From the NCBI GenBank assembly GCA_030390025.1, contig CM059432.1, positions 44,084,001-44,148,000 of the forward strand: a DNA stretch of 64,000 nt, read 5' to 3'. Position numbers and translations under genes: made by a program. Positions 39,451-51,464 of the stretch are shown piece after piece; positions within the stretch are counted from its first letter, which is position 1; each line of letters begins with the position of its first letter. Under the pieces are notes generated by a model that had not been told where the DNA came from, did no database searches, and worked only from the letters and a program-made list of their open reading frames with translations. This DNA comes from Squalus acanthias. Taxonomy: Eukaryota.

Positions 39451-42400
39451 CTTATCAAATGCCTTCTGGAAATCCAAATACACTACATCTACTGGTTCCC
39501 CTTTATCCACCCTGCTCATTACATCCTCAAAGAACTCTTGCAAATTTGTGAAATATGATTTCCCTTTCATAAAACCATGCTGACTTTGCTTGACTGTATT
39601 ATGATTTTCTAAATGTCCTGCTACTACTTCCTTAATAATGGACTCCAGCATTTTCCCAATGACAGATGTTAGGCTAACTGGTCTATAGTTTCCTGCTTTC
39701 TGTCTCCCTCCTTTCTTGAATAGGGGTGTTACATTTGCGGTTTTCCAATCCGCTGGGACCTCTCCAGAATCCAGGGAATTTTGGTAGATTACAACCAATG
39801 CATCCACTAATACTGCAGCCACTTCTTTTAAGACCCTAGGATGCAGGCCATCAGGTCCAGGGGACTTGTCCATCTTTAGTCCCATAAGTTTGCATAGTAC
39901 TTTTTCTCCAGTGATGGTGATTGTTTTAAGTTCCCCACTCCCTATAAATCCTTGATTATCTATTATTACTGGGATGCTTTTAGTGTCTTCTACCGTGAAG
40001 ACTGATACAAAATATTTGTTCAAAGTGCTTGCCATTTCCCTGTTTCCCATTATTAATTCCCCAGTCTCATCCTCTAAGGGCCCAACATTTACTTTCATTA
40101 CTCTCTTCCTTTTTATATACCTGTAGAAGCTCTTACTGTCTGTTTTTATATTTCTTGCTAGTTTACTCTCATAATCTATCTTCTTCTCTCTTTATTATTT
40201 TTTTAGTCGTCCTTTGCTGGTTTCTAAAAATTTCCCAAACCTCTGGCCTACCACTAATCTTTTGCATCATTTGTTTTCAATTTGATATCATCCTTAACTT
40301 CCTTAGTTAGCCACGGATGGTTCATTCTTCTCTTAGAGTCTTTCTTACTCACTGGAATATATCTTTGCTGAGAGTTATGAAATATCTCCGTAAATGTCTG
40401 CCACTGCTTATCTACCATCTTACCCTTTAATCTATTTTCCCAGTCCACTTTAGCCAACTCTGTCTTCATACCTTTGTAATTGCCTTTATTTAAGTTTAGG
40501 ACACTAGTTTGAGACCCAATTTTCTCACCCTCAAACTGAATTTGAAATTCTAACATGCTATGATCACTCTTCCCTAGAGGATCCTTTACTATGAGATCAT
40601 TAATTAATCCTATCTCATTACACATTACCAGATCTAAAATAGCCTGCTCTCTGGTTGGTTCCACAATGTATTATTCTAAGAAACCACCCCGAATACACTC
40701 TGTGAACTCTTCCTCAAGGCTACCTTTGCCAATTTGATTTGTCCAATCTATATGAAGATTAAAATCACCCATGATTATTGCAGTACCTTTCTTACAAGCC
40801 TCCATTAATTCTTGATTTATACTCTGTCCTACAGTGTAGCTACTGTTAGGGGGCCTATAGACTACTCTCACCAGTGACTTCTTTCCCTTATTATTTCTTA
40901 TCTCCACCCAAACTGATTGTACATTTTGATCTTCTGAGCCAATATCATTTCTCCCGACTGCACTGATCTCATCCCTTATTAACAGAACCACCCCACCTCC
41001 TTTTCCTTTCTGCCTATCCTTCTGAAATGTCAGATACCCCTGAATATTCAATTCCCAGCCTTGGTCACCTTGCAGCCACGTCTCTATAATGGCTATCAGA
41101 TCATACGAATTTATTTCTATTTGTGCCATCAACTCATCTATCTTGTTACGAATGCTGCATGCATTTGGATAAAGCGCTTTTAATTTTGTCCTTTTACCAT
41201 TTTTCCCTACTCTGACTCTACTTTCTGATGCACTCTTATGTTTATATGCTCTGTCCCTTCCTGTCACACTCTGGTTATCATTACCCATATTGCTACTCTG
41301 CACTATTGCCTTCTCCTTCCTCTTATTTTTAAAATTTCCCCTCACCTGAAGCCTCCCCCCCCCTCCCCCCCACTATTTAGTTTAAAGCCCTATCTACAGC
41401 CCTAGTTATTTGATTCACCAGGACACTGGTCCCAGCATGGTTCAAGTGAAGTCTGTCCCAACGGAACAACTCCCTCTTTCCCCAGTACTGGTGCCAGTGC
41501 ACCATGAATCGAAACCCATTTCTCCCACACCAATCTTTGAGCCAAGCATTCATCTCTCTAATCTTATTTACCCTATGCCAATTTGCTCGTGGCTCAGGTA
41601 GTAATGCAGAGATGGTCACCTTTGTGGTTCTGCTTTTTAATTTCATCCCTAGCTGCTCATACTTCCTCAGCAGAACCTCTTTCTTTGTCCTACCTATGTC
41701 GTTGGTACCTACGTGGCCCATGACAACTGGATCTTTCCCCTCCCACTCTAAGTTCCTCTCCAGCCCAGAGGAGATGTCCTTAACCCGGGAACCGGGCAGG
41801 CAACACAGCCTTCGGGACTCACGCTCTCGGCTGCAGAAAAGAGTATCTATCCCCCTAACTATACTGTCCCCTACCACTATAACATTTCTTTTTACTCCCC
41901 CAACTTGAATGGCCCCCTGTACCATGGTGCCGTGATCAGTTTGCTCATCCTCCCTGCAGTCCCTGCTCTCGTCCACACAAGGAGTAAGTACCTCGTACAT
42001 GTTGGACAAATGCAAGGGCTGAGGCTCCTCCAATGCTACCTTCTGGATCCCCATACCTGCCTTACTCGTAGTCACACCCTCCTGTCCCTGACCACGGACC
42101 AAATCTGAAGTATTTAACCTAAGGGGTGTGACTGCCTCCTGGAACAAAGTGTCCAGGTAACTTTCTCCCTCCCTGATGTATCAAATGTCTGCAGCTCGGA
42201 CTCCAGCCCGTCAGCTCTGAACCGAAGTTCATCGAGCTGCAGACACTTACTGCAGATGCGGTCGCCCTGGATCACACTGGTGTCCACCAGCTCCCACATA
42301 CTACAGCTGCAACACATCACCTGCCCTGCCATCTCTATTTTATTTTATTTAATTATGTCAATATCAATCAATTGTCTATTTATAGTTTTTTATCTAGGTA

Positions 42401-43070
42401 AACTAGGTTATAACCTTGTTTAATTTATTAAAATAAGTTTAGTTAGTTATACATTTAGTTATATGCTATAGGTCTTTACTGTAACTTAGCCCTTAGTCCT
42501 AAGAGAAAAGTAATACTCACCACCAATCACCTACCTGCTTACCTGTGACGTCACACTTTGATTTTTTGTTATTGAGTTGGAGCCTCGCTGCTCCTCCCCC
42601 GCTGGCTCTGCTCTCAGGCCTCCTCTCGCCGCGCTCTTTATTTTGCTCCCGCTGCCACTCCGGTTCCGCCCAGGTCCGCTGGCGCTACTCTTGACTTCAT
42701 TTGCAGCTTTTAGACTGACTTTGAGGCTCTGTGTTAATTTTTATTTTGTTTAAAGACCAGCAGAATTCAAAGGAATTTGTCAATTCTAAGGTGGACAAGA
42801 TGTCTCCTGAATGATTAGGCATTGCTGACAAATGGGCCCTTTTTTGCAATATATGCAAAATAACTGCCATCCAACATTAAAATCACTTATTTTCTGCCGA
42901 TGAATGGCCAACCTAACCTGGACTAAGGCTGTCTGAAGAAATTACTCAATTTCAGGCTGAACATTAAGACAGCTCGTCAGGGTCCTATTCGTGAAAAAGA
43001 TGACCACACTGACCATAAAGTATCGATACTGCCAGGCACACGTAGTGGGAGGGAGAGTTGACGAATCTAC

Positions 43071-45715
43071 ATGAATCATAGAATCATAGAAATTTACAGC
43101 ACAGAAGGAGGCCATTCGGCCCATCTTGTCCGTGCCGGCCGACAAAGAGCTATCCACCCTAATCCCACTTTCCAGCACTTGGTCCGTAGCCTTGTAGGTT
43201 ACGGCACTTCATGTGCATATCCAAGTACTTTTTAAATGTGATGAGGGTTTCTGCCTCTACCACCCTTTAAGGCAGTGAGTTCCAGACTCCCACCACCCTG
43301 TGGGTGAAAAAATTTCTCCTCAAATCTAAACCTCCGACCAATTACTTTAAATCTATGCCCCCTGGTTATTGACCCTTTTGCTACGGGAAATAGGTTCTTC
43401 CTATCCACTCTATCTAGGCCCCCCATAATTTTACACACCTCAATTAGATCTCCCCTCAGCCTCCTCTGTTCCAAAGAAAGCAACCCCAGCCTATCCAATC
43501 TTTCCTCATAGCTAAAATTTCCCAGCCTAGGCAACATCCTCGTGAATCTTCTCTGCACCCCCTTTAGTGCAATCACATCCTTCCTGTAATGTGGTGACCA
43601 GAACTGCATGCAGTATTTTAGCTGCGACCTAACTAGTGTTTTATACAGCTCAAGCATAACTCCCTGCTCTTATAGTCTATGTCTCGGCTAATAAAGGCAA
43701 GTATCCCGTATGCCTTCTTAACCACCTTTTATCTCCCTGTCCTGCTACCTTCAGGGATCTGTGGACATGCACTCCAAGGTCTCTCTGATCCTCTGCACTT
43801 CTCAGTATCCTACCATTTATTGTGTATTCCCTAGCCTTGATAGCCTTCCCCAAATGCATTACTTCAGACTTCTCCGGATTGAATTCCATTTGCCACTGTT
43901 CTGTCCACCAGACCAGTCTATTGATATCTTCCTGCAGTCTACAGCTTTCTTCTTCATTATCAAACACACAGCCAATTTTTGTATCATCCGCAAACTTCTT
44001 AATCATACTTCCTACATTCAAGTCCAAATCATTGATATATACTAAAAAAAGCAAAGGACCCAGTACTGAGCCCTGCGGAACCCCACTGGAAACAGCCTTC
44101 CATTCACAAAAAAACACCCTTTGACCATTACCCTTTGTTTCCTGCCTCTGAACCAGTTTTGGATCCAACTTGCCATTTTGCCTTGGATCCCATGAGCTTT
44201 TGCTTTCATGACAAGTCTGCCATGCGGGACTTTATCAAAAGCCTTGCTAAAATCCATATAGACTACATGAAACGCACTACCCTCATCGATCCTCCTTGTT
44301 ACCTCCTCAAAAAATTCAATCAAGTTAGTCAGACACGACCCTCCCTTAACAAATCCATGCTGACTGTCCCTGATTAATCCGTGTCTTTCTAAATGAAGAT
44401 TTATCCTGTCCCTCAGAATTTTTTCCCAATAATTTTACCACCACCGAGGTTAGGCTGACTGGCCCGTAATTACTCGGTCTATCCCTTTCTCCCTTTCTAA
44501 ACAATGGTACCACGTTAGCAGTCCTCCAGCACCACACCTGTAGCCAGAGAGGATTGGAGAATGATGGTCAGAGCCTCTGCTATTTCTTCTCTTACTTCTC
44601 TTAACAGTCTGGGATACATTTCATCTGGGCCTGGGGATTTATCCACTTTCAAAGATGCTAAACCTCTTAATACTTCCTCTTTCACTATGTTTATTTCATC
44701 TAATATTTCACACTCCTCCTCCCAGATTGCAATGTCTGTATCGTCCCTCTCTTTTGTGAAAACTGATGCAAAGTAGTCATTCAGAACCATACCCATGTCT
44801 TCTGCCTCCACACACAGGTTACCTTTATGGTCCCTAATAGGCCCTACTCTTACTTTAGTTATACGTTTGCTCTTCATGTATTTATAAAACATCTTTGGGT
44901 TTTCCTTGATTTTACTTGCCAATATTTTTTCATGCCCTCTCTTTGTTTTCCTAATTTCCTTTTTAATTTCACCTCTGCACTTCTTATACTCCTCTAGCTA
45001 GGGTTTCTGCAGTATTGAGCCATCGGTATCTATCATAAGCTTCCTTTTTTTCTTTATCCTACCCTGTATGTCCCTTGACATCCAGGGAGCTCTAGATTTG
45101 TTTGTCCCACCCTTTTTCTTTAAGGGAACAGACTTGCTCTGAACCCTCACTATCTCCTCCTTGAATGCCTCCCACTGCTCTGACATTGATTTACCTTCAA
45201 GTTTCCGTCTCCAGTCCACTTTGGCTAAATCACATCTCAGCTTAGTAAAATTAGCTTTTCCCCAATTGAGAACTTTTATTCCTGGTCTATCCTTGTCCTT
45301 TTCCATAACTACCCTAAATCTAACTGAATTATGATCACTACCACCAATATGCTCTCCCACTGATATCTTTTCCACCTGCCCAGCTTCATTCCCTAAAACT
45401 AGGTCCAGAACTGCCCCCTGTCTTGTTGGGCTTGCTACGTACTGCTAATAAAAATTCTGCTCCCTCTATACCTTTCACACTAATTTTATCCCAGTTAATA
45501 TTAGGGAAGTTGAAATCCCCTACTATTACTGCTCTATTTTTGCACGTCTCAGAAATGTGCCTACATATTTGCTCTTCTATCTCCCTCTGACTGTTTGGGG
45601 GTCCATAGTACACTCCCAGCAGTGTGATTGCCCCTCTTTTGTTTTTCAGTTCAACCCATATGGCCTCATTGGATGATCCTTCTAAGATATCATCCCTCCT
45701 CACAGCTGTAATTGA
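43071..45715 (-). mobile_element. CR1 LINE of a distinct subfamily (part of APE plus RT)
   Basis: ORFs 45386, 44998, 44515, 44042, 43677 and 43232; (ATCATAGA)n-type tail at 43071-43090. Confidence 0.92.
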
Positions 45716-45941
45716 GGCAGCTATTTTCAGGCTATGTGAGAGAACTTCAGTTTAGGAGGGTAGTATTAGTGCAACATCTCCTTGCCAGCCTGTGCCATTT
45801 TAGAGCACTGTATAATTCTGAAAATAACATGGGAGCAATATAATACCTGCAACTGTTGAAGCATATGAGCCATTTGTTAACTGAAATCATAAATCAGCAA
45901 AATACTTTTTTGGTTACGTTTTCCAGGCAGCATAAGGAATT

Positions 45942-46684
45942 GGCCCAGAAATTGATCTCGCTCTGTTCCCGCGGGGGTAAGGCTTCCCCGCGATCTCTCA
46001 CTCCGCTTGTGCTTTTTCAGATCCAGCTCGCACGAACTTGATGTTCCAGACATCAGCTGGGCAGTGCTTGCGTATCCCACCGGCGTAGTGAATTCGTGCG
46101 AGCTGTGGGATCACGTGGCTCAGTTAGAGCCAATGGCAGCACACCATCTTCCATTCATAAGTTTCACATACGTGCTATGAAATCTATGAATCTTACACAC
46201 CCCCAAAATAACAGCTAAACCTCAATTAAATTTAAAAAAAACCCATCACATTAATAAAATAAGTATAGTTAATTAAATTAACCATTTTAAATAAAAAATT
46301 AAATTTTTGAAAAAATTTAAAATCTTTTAAAAAGTTATAAAAATAAACTTACCTGTCTTTAAAGTCTCTAAAAAAGATATACCTGTTAAAAAAAATTCAA
46401 AAAAATACTTAATTCACTACTTACCTTCTTAAAAGTGGGTCTTACTCCTCCTTTTTCCATTTCTAAAATCTTCCGTACTTACCTGCGCGTCCAAAGCATG
46501 AAGTGCACAGCGTGCGCGCAGCCTGTAGCGCGCACGCGATGCACCGAGGAACCGCCCCCTTTTCAAAAGAGCAATTGCCGGTTTTCAGCGCATGCGCAGG
46601 GCATGCAGAAAACCGGCAATTGGAGTGGGAATACGCGAGAGTACGCAGTGCATACTCTCGCGTCGCGGGATCAATTTCTGGGCC
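45942..46684. mobile_element. PIF/Harbinger-type MITE with CpG-rich ends and an AT-rich core
   Basis: TIR GGCCCAGAAATTGATC(T/C)CGC at both ends; exact 3-bp TSD ATT (45939-45941 / 46685-46687). Confidence 0.85.
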
Positions 46685-46964
46685 ATTATCTCACTTGGGC
46701 ACCATGGAGCTTCTTGCACTGCTGACAAGATAACGTGTACCTCCTTGGTTTAACATGTAAAAGAAGCATTCAAGAATGATTTTGTCATTTCTATGATTAG
46801 TCTTTGTCTTGTGCTATTCCGTTGACTGAAAAATTGATCTTTGGGGCTATTTTTAGTCAATATGAGCCCAATTTTTGGAAATTATTCAGTCTCTAAAATG
46901 GACAGAGACACCTGATCAACACAAAAAAAAATAATATTTTAAGGGGGATAAAGGATTAAGCAGA

Positions 46965-48145
46965 CTGGGGAAATGGGCAGACACATGGCAGATGAAATTT
47001 AATGCAGAGAATTGTGAAGTGATTCACTGTGGTAGGAAGAATGAGAAGAGGCAATATAAACTAAATGGTACAATTTTAAAGGGGGTGCAGGAACAGGGAA
47101 ACCTGGGGGTATACATACACAGGTCTTTGAAGGTGGCAGGAAAAGTTGAGAAGGCTGTAAAAAGGCATATGGAATCCTTGGTTTTATAAATAGAGACATA
47201 GGCCGGAATTATAATCTGGAGGCGGGTCGGGAGCGGGGGAGCTAGAAAATGTTCGGGAAACCCGGGAGAAACCCTGCCGAATTTAATGGCAGGGCCTGAT
47301 TAGCATTTGAAAGCTCTGGGTCCCGACCAGCCAGAGTTAAATTTGTAACGGTGGCTCACCATGAGGCACGCCAGCCTCATTATAGTATTTAAATGTGCAA
47401 CCCCCCTCCTGGGAGTGCGTTGGTTTCCCGCCCCTGTCCCGCCTCCATTAAAACCGGAAGTGGGCGGGTTGGGATTCAGTTTTTAACTCTTTAACCTCCC
47501 ACCCGACTCCAACCCACCTGTGTTTTGGGGTTAAAATTCCCCCCAGAGTACAAAAGCAAGAAAGTTATGCCAAACCTTTATAAAACACTACTTTAGGCCC
47601 TAGCTGAAGTATTGTGTCTAATTCTAGACACCACACTTAAGGAAGGATGTCAAAGCTTTAGGAGATTTACTAGAATGGTACCGGGGATGAAAAATTTCAG
47701 TTATGTGGAGAGATTAGAGAAACTGGGGTGGTTTTTCTTTGAGCAGAGAAGGTTAACGGGAGAATTGATGGAGGTGTTCAAAATCATGAAGGGTTTTGAT
47801 AAAGTAAATAGGGAGAAACTGTTTCCACTGGCAAACAAGTCAGTTACCAGAGGACACAGATTGAAGGTATTGCCAAAGAACCCAGAGGTGATAGGGGGAA
47901 AAAAAATTACGCAATGAGTTATGATCTGGAATGCACTGCCTGAAAGGATTGTGGAAGCTGATTCAATAATAACTTTCAAAAGGGAATTGGATAAATATTT
48001 GAATGGGGGAAATTTTCAGGGCTATGGGGAAAGAGCAGAGGAGTGGGACTAATTGGATAGCTCTTTCAAAGAGCCGGCACAGGCATGATGGGCTGAATGC
48101 CCTCCTCTACTATCATTCCCTGATTCTCATTCTCTGACTCTATGA
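46965..48145 (+). mobile_element. Decayed CR1 3' portion interrupted by a MITE
   Basis: ORFs 46992 and 47612; CR1 sequence is continuous across 47200/47545. Confidence 0.8.
47201..47544. mobile_element. Harbinger-type MITE related to 57144-57982
   Basis: GGCCGGAATT...AAAATTCCCCCC termini; shares CCTCATTA..TATTTAAAT, CCTGGGAGTG.GTTGGT and AAAACC.GAAGTGG with the 57144 copy. Confidence 0.7.
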
Positions 48146-48560
48146 AATGAATCTGGAATTTCTCTGTCCCTGTCGCGTTATTTATAGTTAAGGGCCTGGC
48201 CTACTGCGAGAAAAGCTCTCAGATGATTTTTGTGAATCATTTTGGAGTATTCCCTTTGAGTGTTTTGGCTCTTTAAGAGTCCCATACATTACCATAATCC
48301 AATTACTCCTCATTAAATTGAACAATTCCATTTACTAACACTGAAACCATTTTTATTACATCATGGGAAACTTTCTGTGGATGTCCAAATCAAATGTATG
48401 ATGCTGCAGTTGAAAGATATATTAAATTTTTTCCCTTACAAGGGAATGGAGAAGAAAAAAGTTTGATGATTGAGAAATGGAAAGTTCTTTGTGACCTTTA
48501 GAGACATTTTAGAGAAAAAAAGGTTTTGTCCTGACCTGATTTTGTTTTGTTTATTTACAG

Positions 48561-48613
48561 TGGATGGAAGTCAGGTTCAACACTCTGGCAAAATGCCCAC
48601 ACTGCAAAAGAAT
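48561..48613 (+). CDS. PIP4P2: PIP4P2 exon 5, 53 nt
   Basis: ttatttacag acceptor, GTAAGT donor. Encodes WMEVRFNTLAKCPHCKR(I). Confidence 0.95.
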
Positions 48614-48895
48614 GTAAGTTCAGTTCATTTTATGGCAGATGTGATTCATCATATCAGCTGCATTTATTTTCTTTTAGATTCATTATTACATTTTCTCTGT
48701 ATATTTTGCATCTACAGCTTAAAGATCTTTTCAAAAAAAGTGTTATAAGGATGTGAATGATTTCATTCACTCACTTTAAAAATAATAAAAACATGCTTTT
48801 ATGTAATGGGATTTTGTTTTAAAGACTGCCAAATGTGAGGGCTGTTTGGAGTCAATGGGACAAAAATTTAGCCAATGTTTCCCATAAGGAATCAA

Positions 48896-49645
48896 GGGGG
48901 AGAAACTCGGTATCGTCCCATTTGGGGTGCTAAATTTTGAAAGCTGGAAAAATTAGCGCCAGGCGCTAATCATTCTCAGCTTTCTGTAAATTTGGTATTA
49001 GCACTGGAGGAAGGAAGTGGAGCGCTAAATCAAGCGCTGCACTTCCTTCCTGGAGCGCTAAAGGACGCAGGTGGGGAGGTAGTGGTGCAGTGTGCGCAAT
49101 GTCCTGTGCAGCACTACCGAAATCAGAGGCTCCTTCCTTCCCTTAAAGGGAAGGGCCATCGCTGCAGGCTCTGCATTGGGACCAGTTAGCTGGTCCCCGA
49201 CGGCAGCCGCGATGCGGCACGATCAGCCCCATGCACTCCAGCAGAGTGCCGGGCTGATTGATCGTGGCCAAAGGAAAATGGAAAAAATTCAAATACTGCG
49301 TTGCAACAATTTTACTACATCCCCTTTAACTTGCGCCCCCGAAGCGCCCGGCCTCCCGAACAACGCCTCCTGCAGCTATCGGTGTTGTCACCCAACGATA
49401 CTGCAGGGGACAGAACCGAATTTCAGGCCCGGGGCGATGTGCAGGACAATGACATTACGATCTCCGGGCACAGGAGATCGTGGTGCAATGTGTTACCGCC
49501 GCCGCAAACCTCTCGGCCAATTTAGAGGGAGTTGCTCATTTCACAGTGCCCGGTCAATAAGCCGTTATCGCCCCCCCGCCCCCCCCCCCCCCCCCCCACC
49601 CGGAGGCGATAACTGGAGGTGCTAAGGAGGCCAATTTCTAGCCCC
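48896..49645. mobile_element. GC/CpG-rich Harbinger-type MITE
   Basis: GGGGGAGAAACTCGG ... CCAATTTCTAGCCCC imperfect TIRs; repeated (T)AGCGC motifs. Confidence 0.55.
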
Positions 49646-50228
49646 AAATCTATTCCCAAGTTAGCTTGGGTGTGTGATCAATTTGTTAACTGTGACTTAT
49701 TGAGCTCTGACAGTCTAATCATAAGAGTTTTGAATTATGGATTCTCAATGTGCACATGGGTGCCTGTTTCCATACCGCTTTACAAAAGAAAATCTTGTTG
49801 TGCAATGGCTATTGAATATTGATTTAACGGTCCTGGCACAGAAGCGAGAGGCTGTATGGCCGCCTGCGCGATAAATTGTTTATTCAAGTATGCAGTTATT
49901 ACATTTTTCAACAGGTTTGTAGCAATGTGTCTCTCTTAGAATTTTGGACATCTCATGTTTGTCAGCAAAGGCTTTTTATATAGACTCAAATTCCAAATGT
50001 GGAAAATTTCAAATGACATTTTTAACTTCATGATATTATGAACTGGTTGCATCTCACCTGGCAATTTCGCTGATGACTAGGTTTCTGTTGTGATTTTCTT
50101 GATACTGGTGTATTCTTTACATTCCCACGTGCCATAGTTCCACATTGAGCTATACTGGGCAGCTTCATGTGATAAAGACATTCCAGAGAAACCTGTACAA
50201 ATGGACATCAGCAAAAAACAGACACTTA

Positions 50229-51051
50229 GGGGGTGATTTTGCCAATGGGGGCGCATTGGAGGCGGGACTGCTGCTTGTCTGGTTTTAGTCCCACCTCCAT
50301 CAACTTGTGGCCAACCCATGCTATTTTCCCTTGATTGACCTTGTTAAGCCCGCCCAGTGGGCTTAGCAGGCCAATTAAGGGGAAGCCGGTTACTGAGAAC
50401 GTCAGCGTATGATGTTTCATCTGTCAAATTTTTGACAGATGAATTGTCATCGTTTGACAGCTCTGTGAAGCTGTTAAACACTGACATTCTCTGTTGGTTA
50501 AGTCCTTGTATTCAAGACTCATCAAACCTCTTTTGTGAGCAGAAAGCAGATGGCTGTTGTATCGGAGAATGCAGCAGCCATATGTCATCTCTGCCGGTGA
50601 GATGCGGGAGTCTCCGGTTCCCCAACGGTTGAAGCCTGCAGGAAGAAACAAAGTAAACATTTTCTATCACTTTTCACTCACCTCACATACTTACCTCTCC
50701 ATGCTTGCACCCATCACTCACCTCCACAGCGCACTTTTGGACCCCTCCGACCCCCGCAGACCCACTGCTCACCTTGGTGACACTGGCGGAGTTTCCTGAC
50801 GTCGGGAAGCCCACACCTCTGCTGGAAAAATGGAGATAATCCTCTTAACTGCCTGTTAATTACCTGTTAACAGGCAGTTAAGTGACAGTAATCCCCTTCC
50901 CGCCTCCAGGAGACGGGACCCGGCGCGGGTCGGCTACCCGCCTCCTGGGAAGATGACACGGAGGCGGGTTGGGGGCGGGATGGGTACCCACCCCCAGATT
51001 CTGCCATTTTCCCGGCAGTCCCGCCTCCCCAGGGCTGGCAAAATCGCCCCC
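50229..51051. mobile_element. PIF/Harbinger-type MITE, family B
   Basis: TIR GGGGGTGATTTTGCCA / TGGCAAAATCGCCCCC; exact TTA TSD (50226-50228 / 51052-51054). Confidence 0.88.
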
Positions 51052-51464
51052 TTACTGACCGTCCCAAATAACTTACATTATAATAGATACAAACTGCCCC
51101 TTGAAACCACGGACACTCGCAAATTCCAAACTATGGACAGCCTTCAATGCACCAAGTCCATTTACAACTTAAAAACACCGCACAGGCAGCCAAGTGCGAG
51201 GCGGCAGCGGGTGAAAAATGGCTTTTGTGTAATGGAGATCTCTTTACCCAGCATGCAGAATGGTTAAGAAACCCCTCTATATCTGGAATTCAATGCTTGC
51301 ACAGCTCTATCACAGGGATAGATGGGTTTCTCTGTCGCTATGGATGCTGGGTAAAAAGATATCCATTATACAAAAGCCTGGAACTGCCAGTCGGGAATCA
51401 GGGGTCCAGAAATTGGGTGGGGGGCGGGGGGGGGGGGTTGGAATAAAATTGCGGGCGCTCAAGA

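Larger units (their letters stand above)
35381..42690 (-). mobile_element. Near-full-length CR1 LINE (5' UTR, ORF1 Zn-finger + SGNH esterase, ORF2 APE + RT), decayed, with two nested antisense CR1s
   Basis: ORF 42114..42332 (C..C...C..C plus coiled coil), 41377..42147 (VIVVGDSIVRG, GTND), 40671..41345 and 40254..40664 (APE: IIETWL, VVYRPP, MGDFN, SDH), 39370..40098 (RT). RT continues at 36884-37367 and 35381-36042. Confidence 0.92.

Noticed and set aside
48896..49645. CpG-island promoter, or the 177-aa ORF 49092..49625 as a gene
   Set aside because: Bounded by MITE-like TIRs; the ORF has no recognisable domain and a poly-C-derived Pro run.
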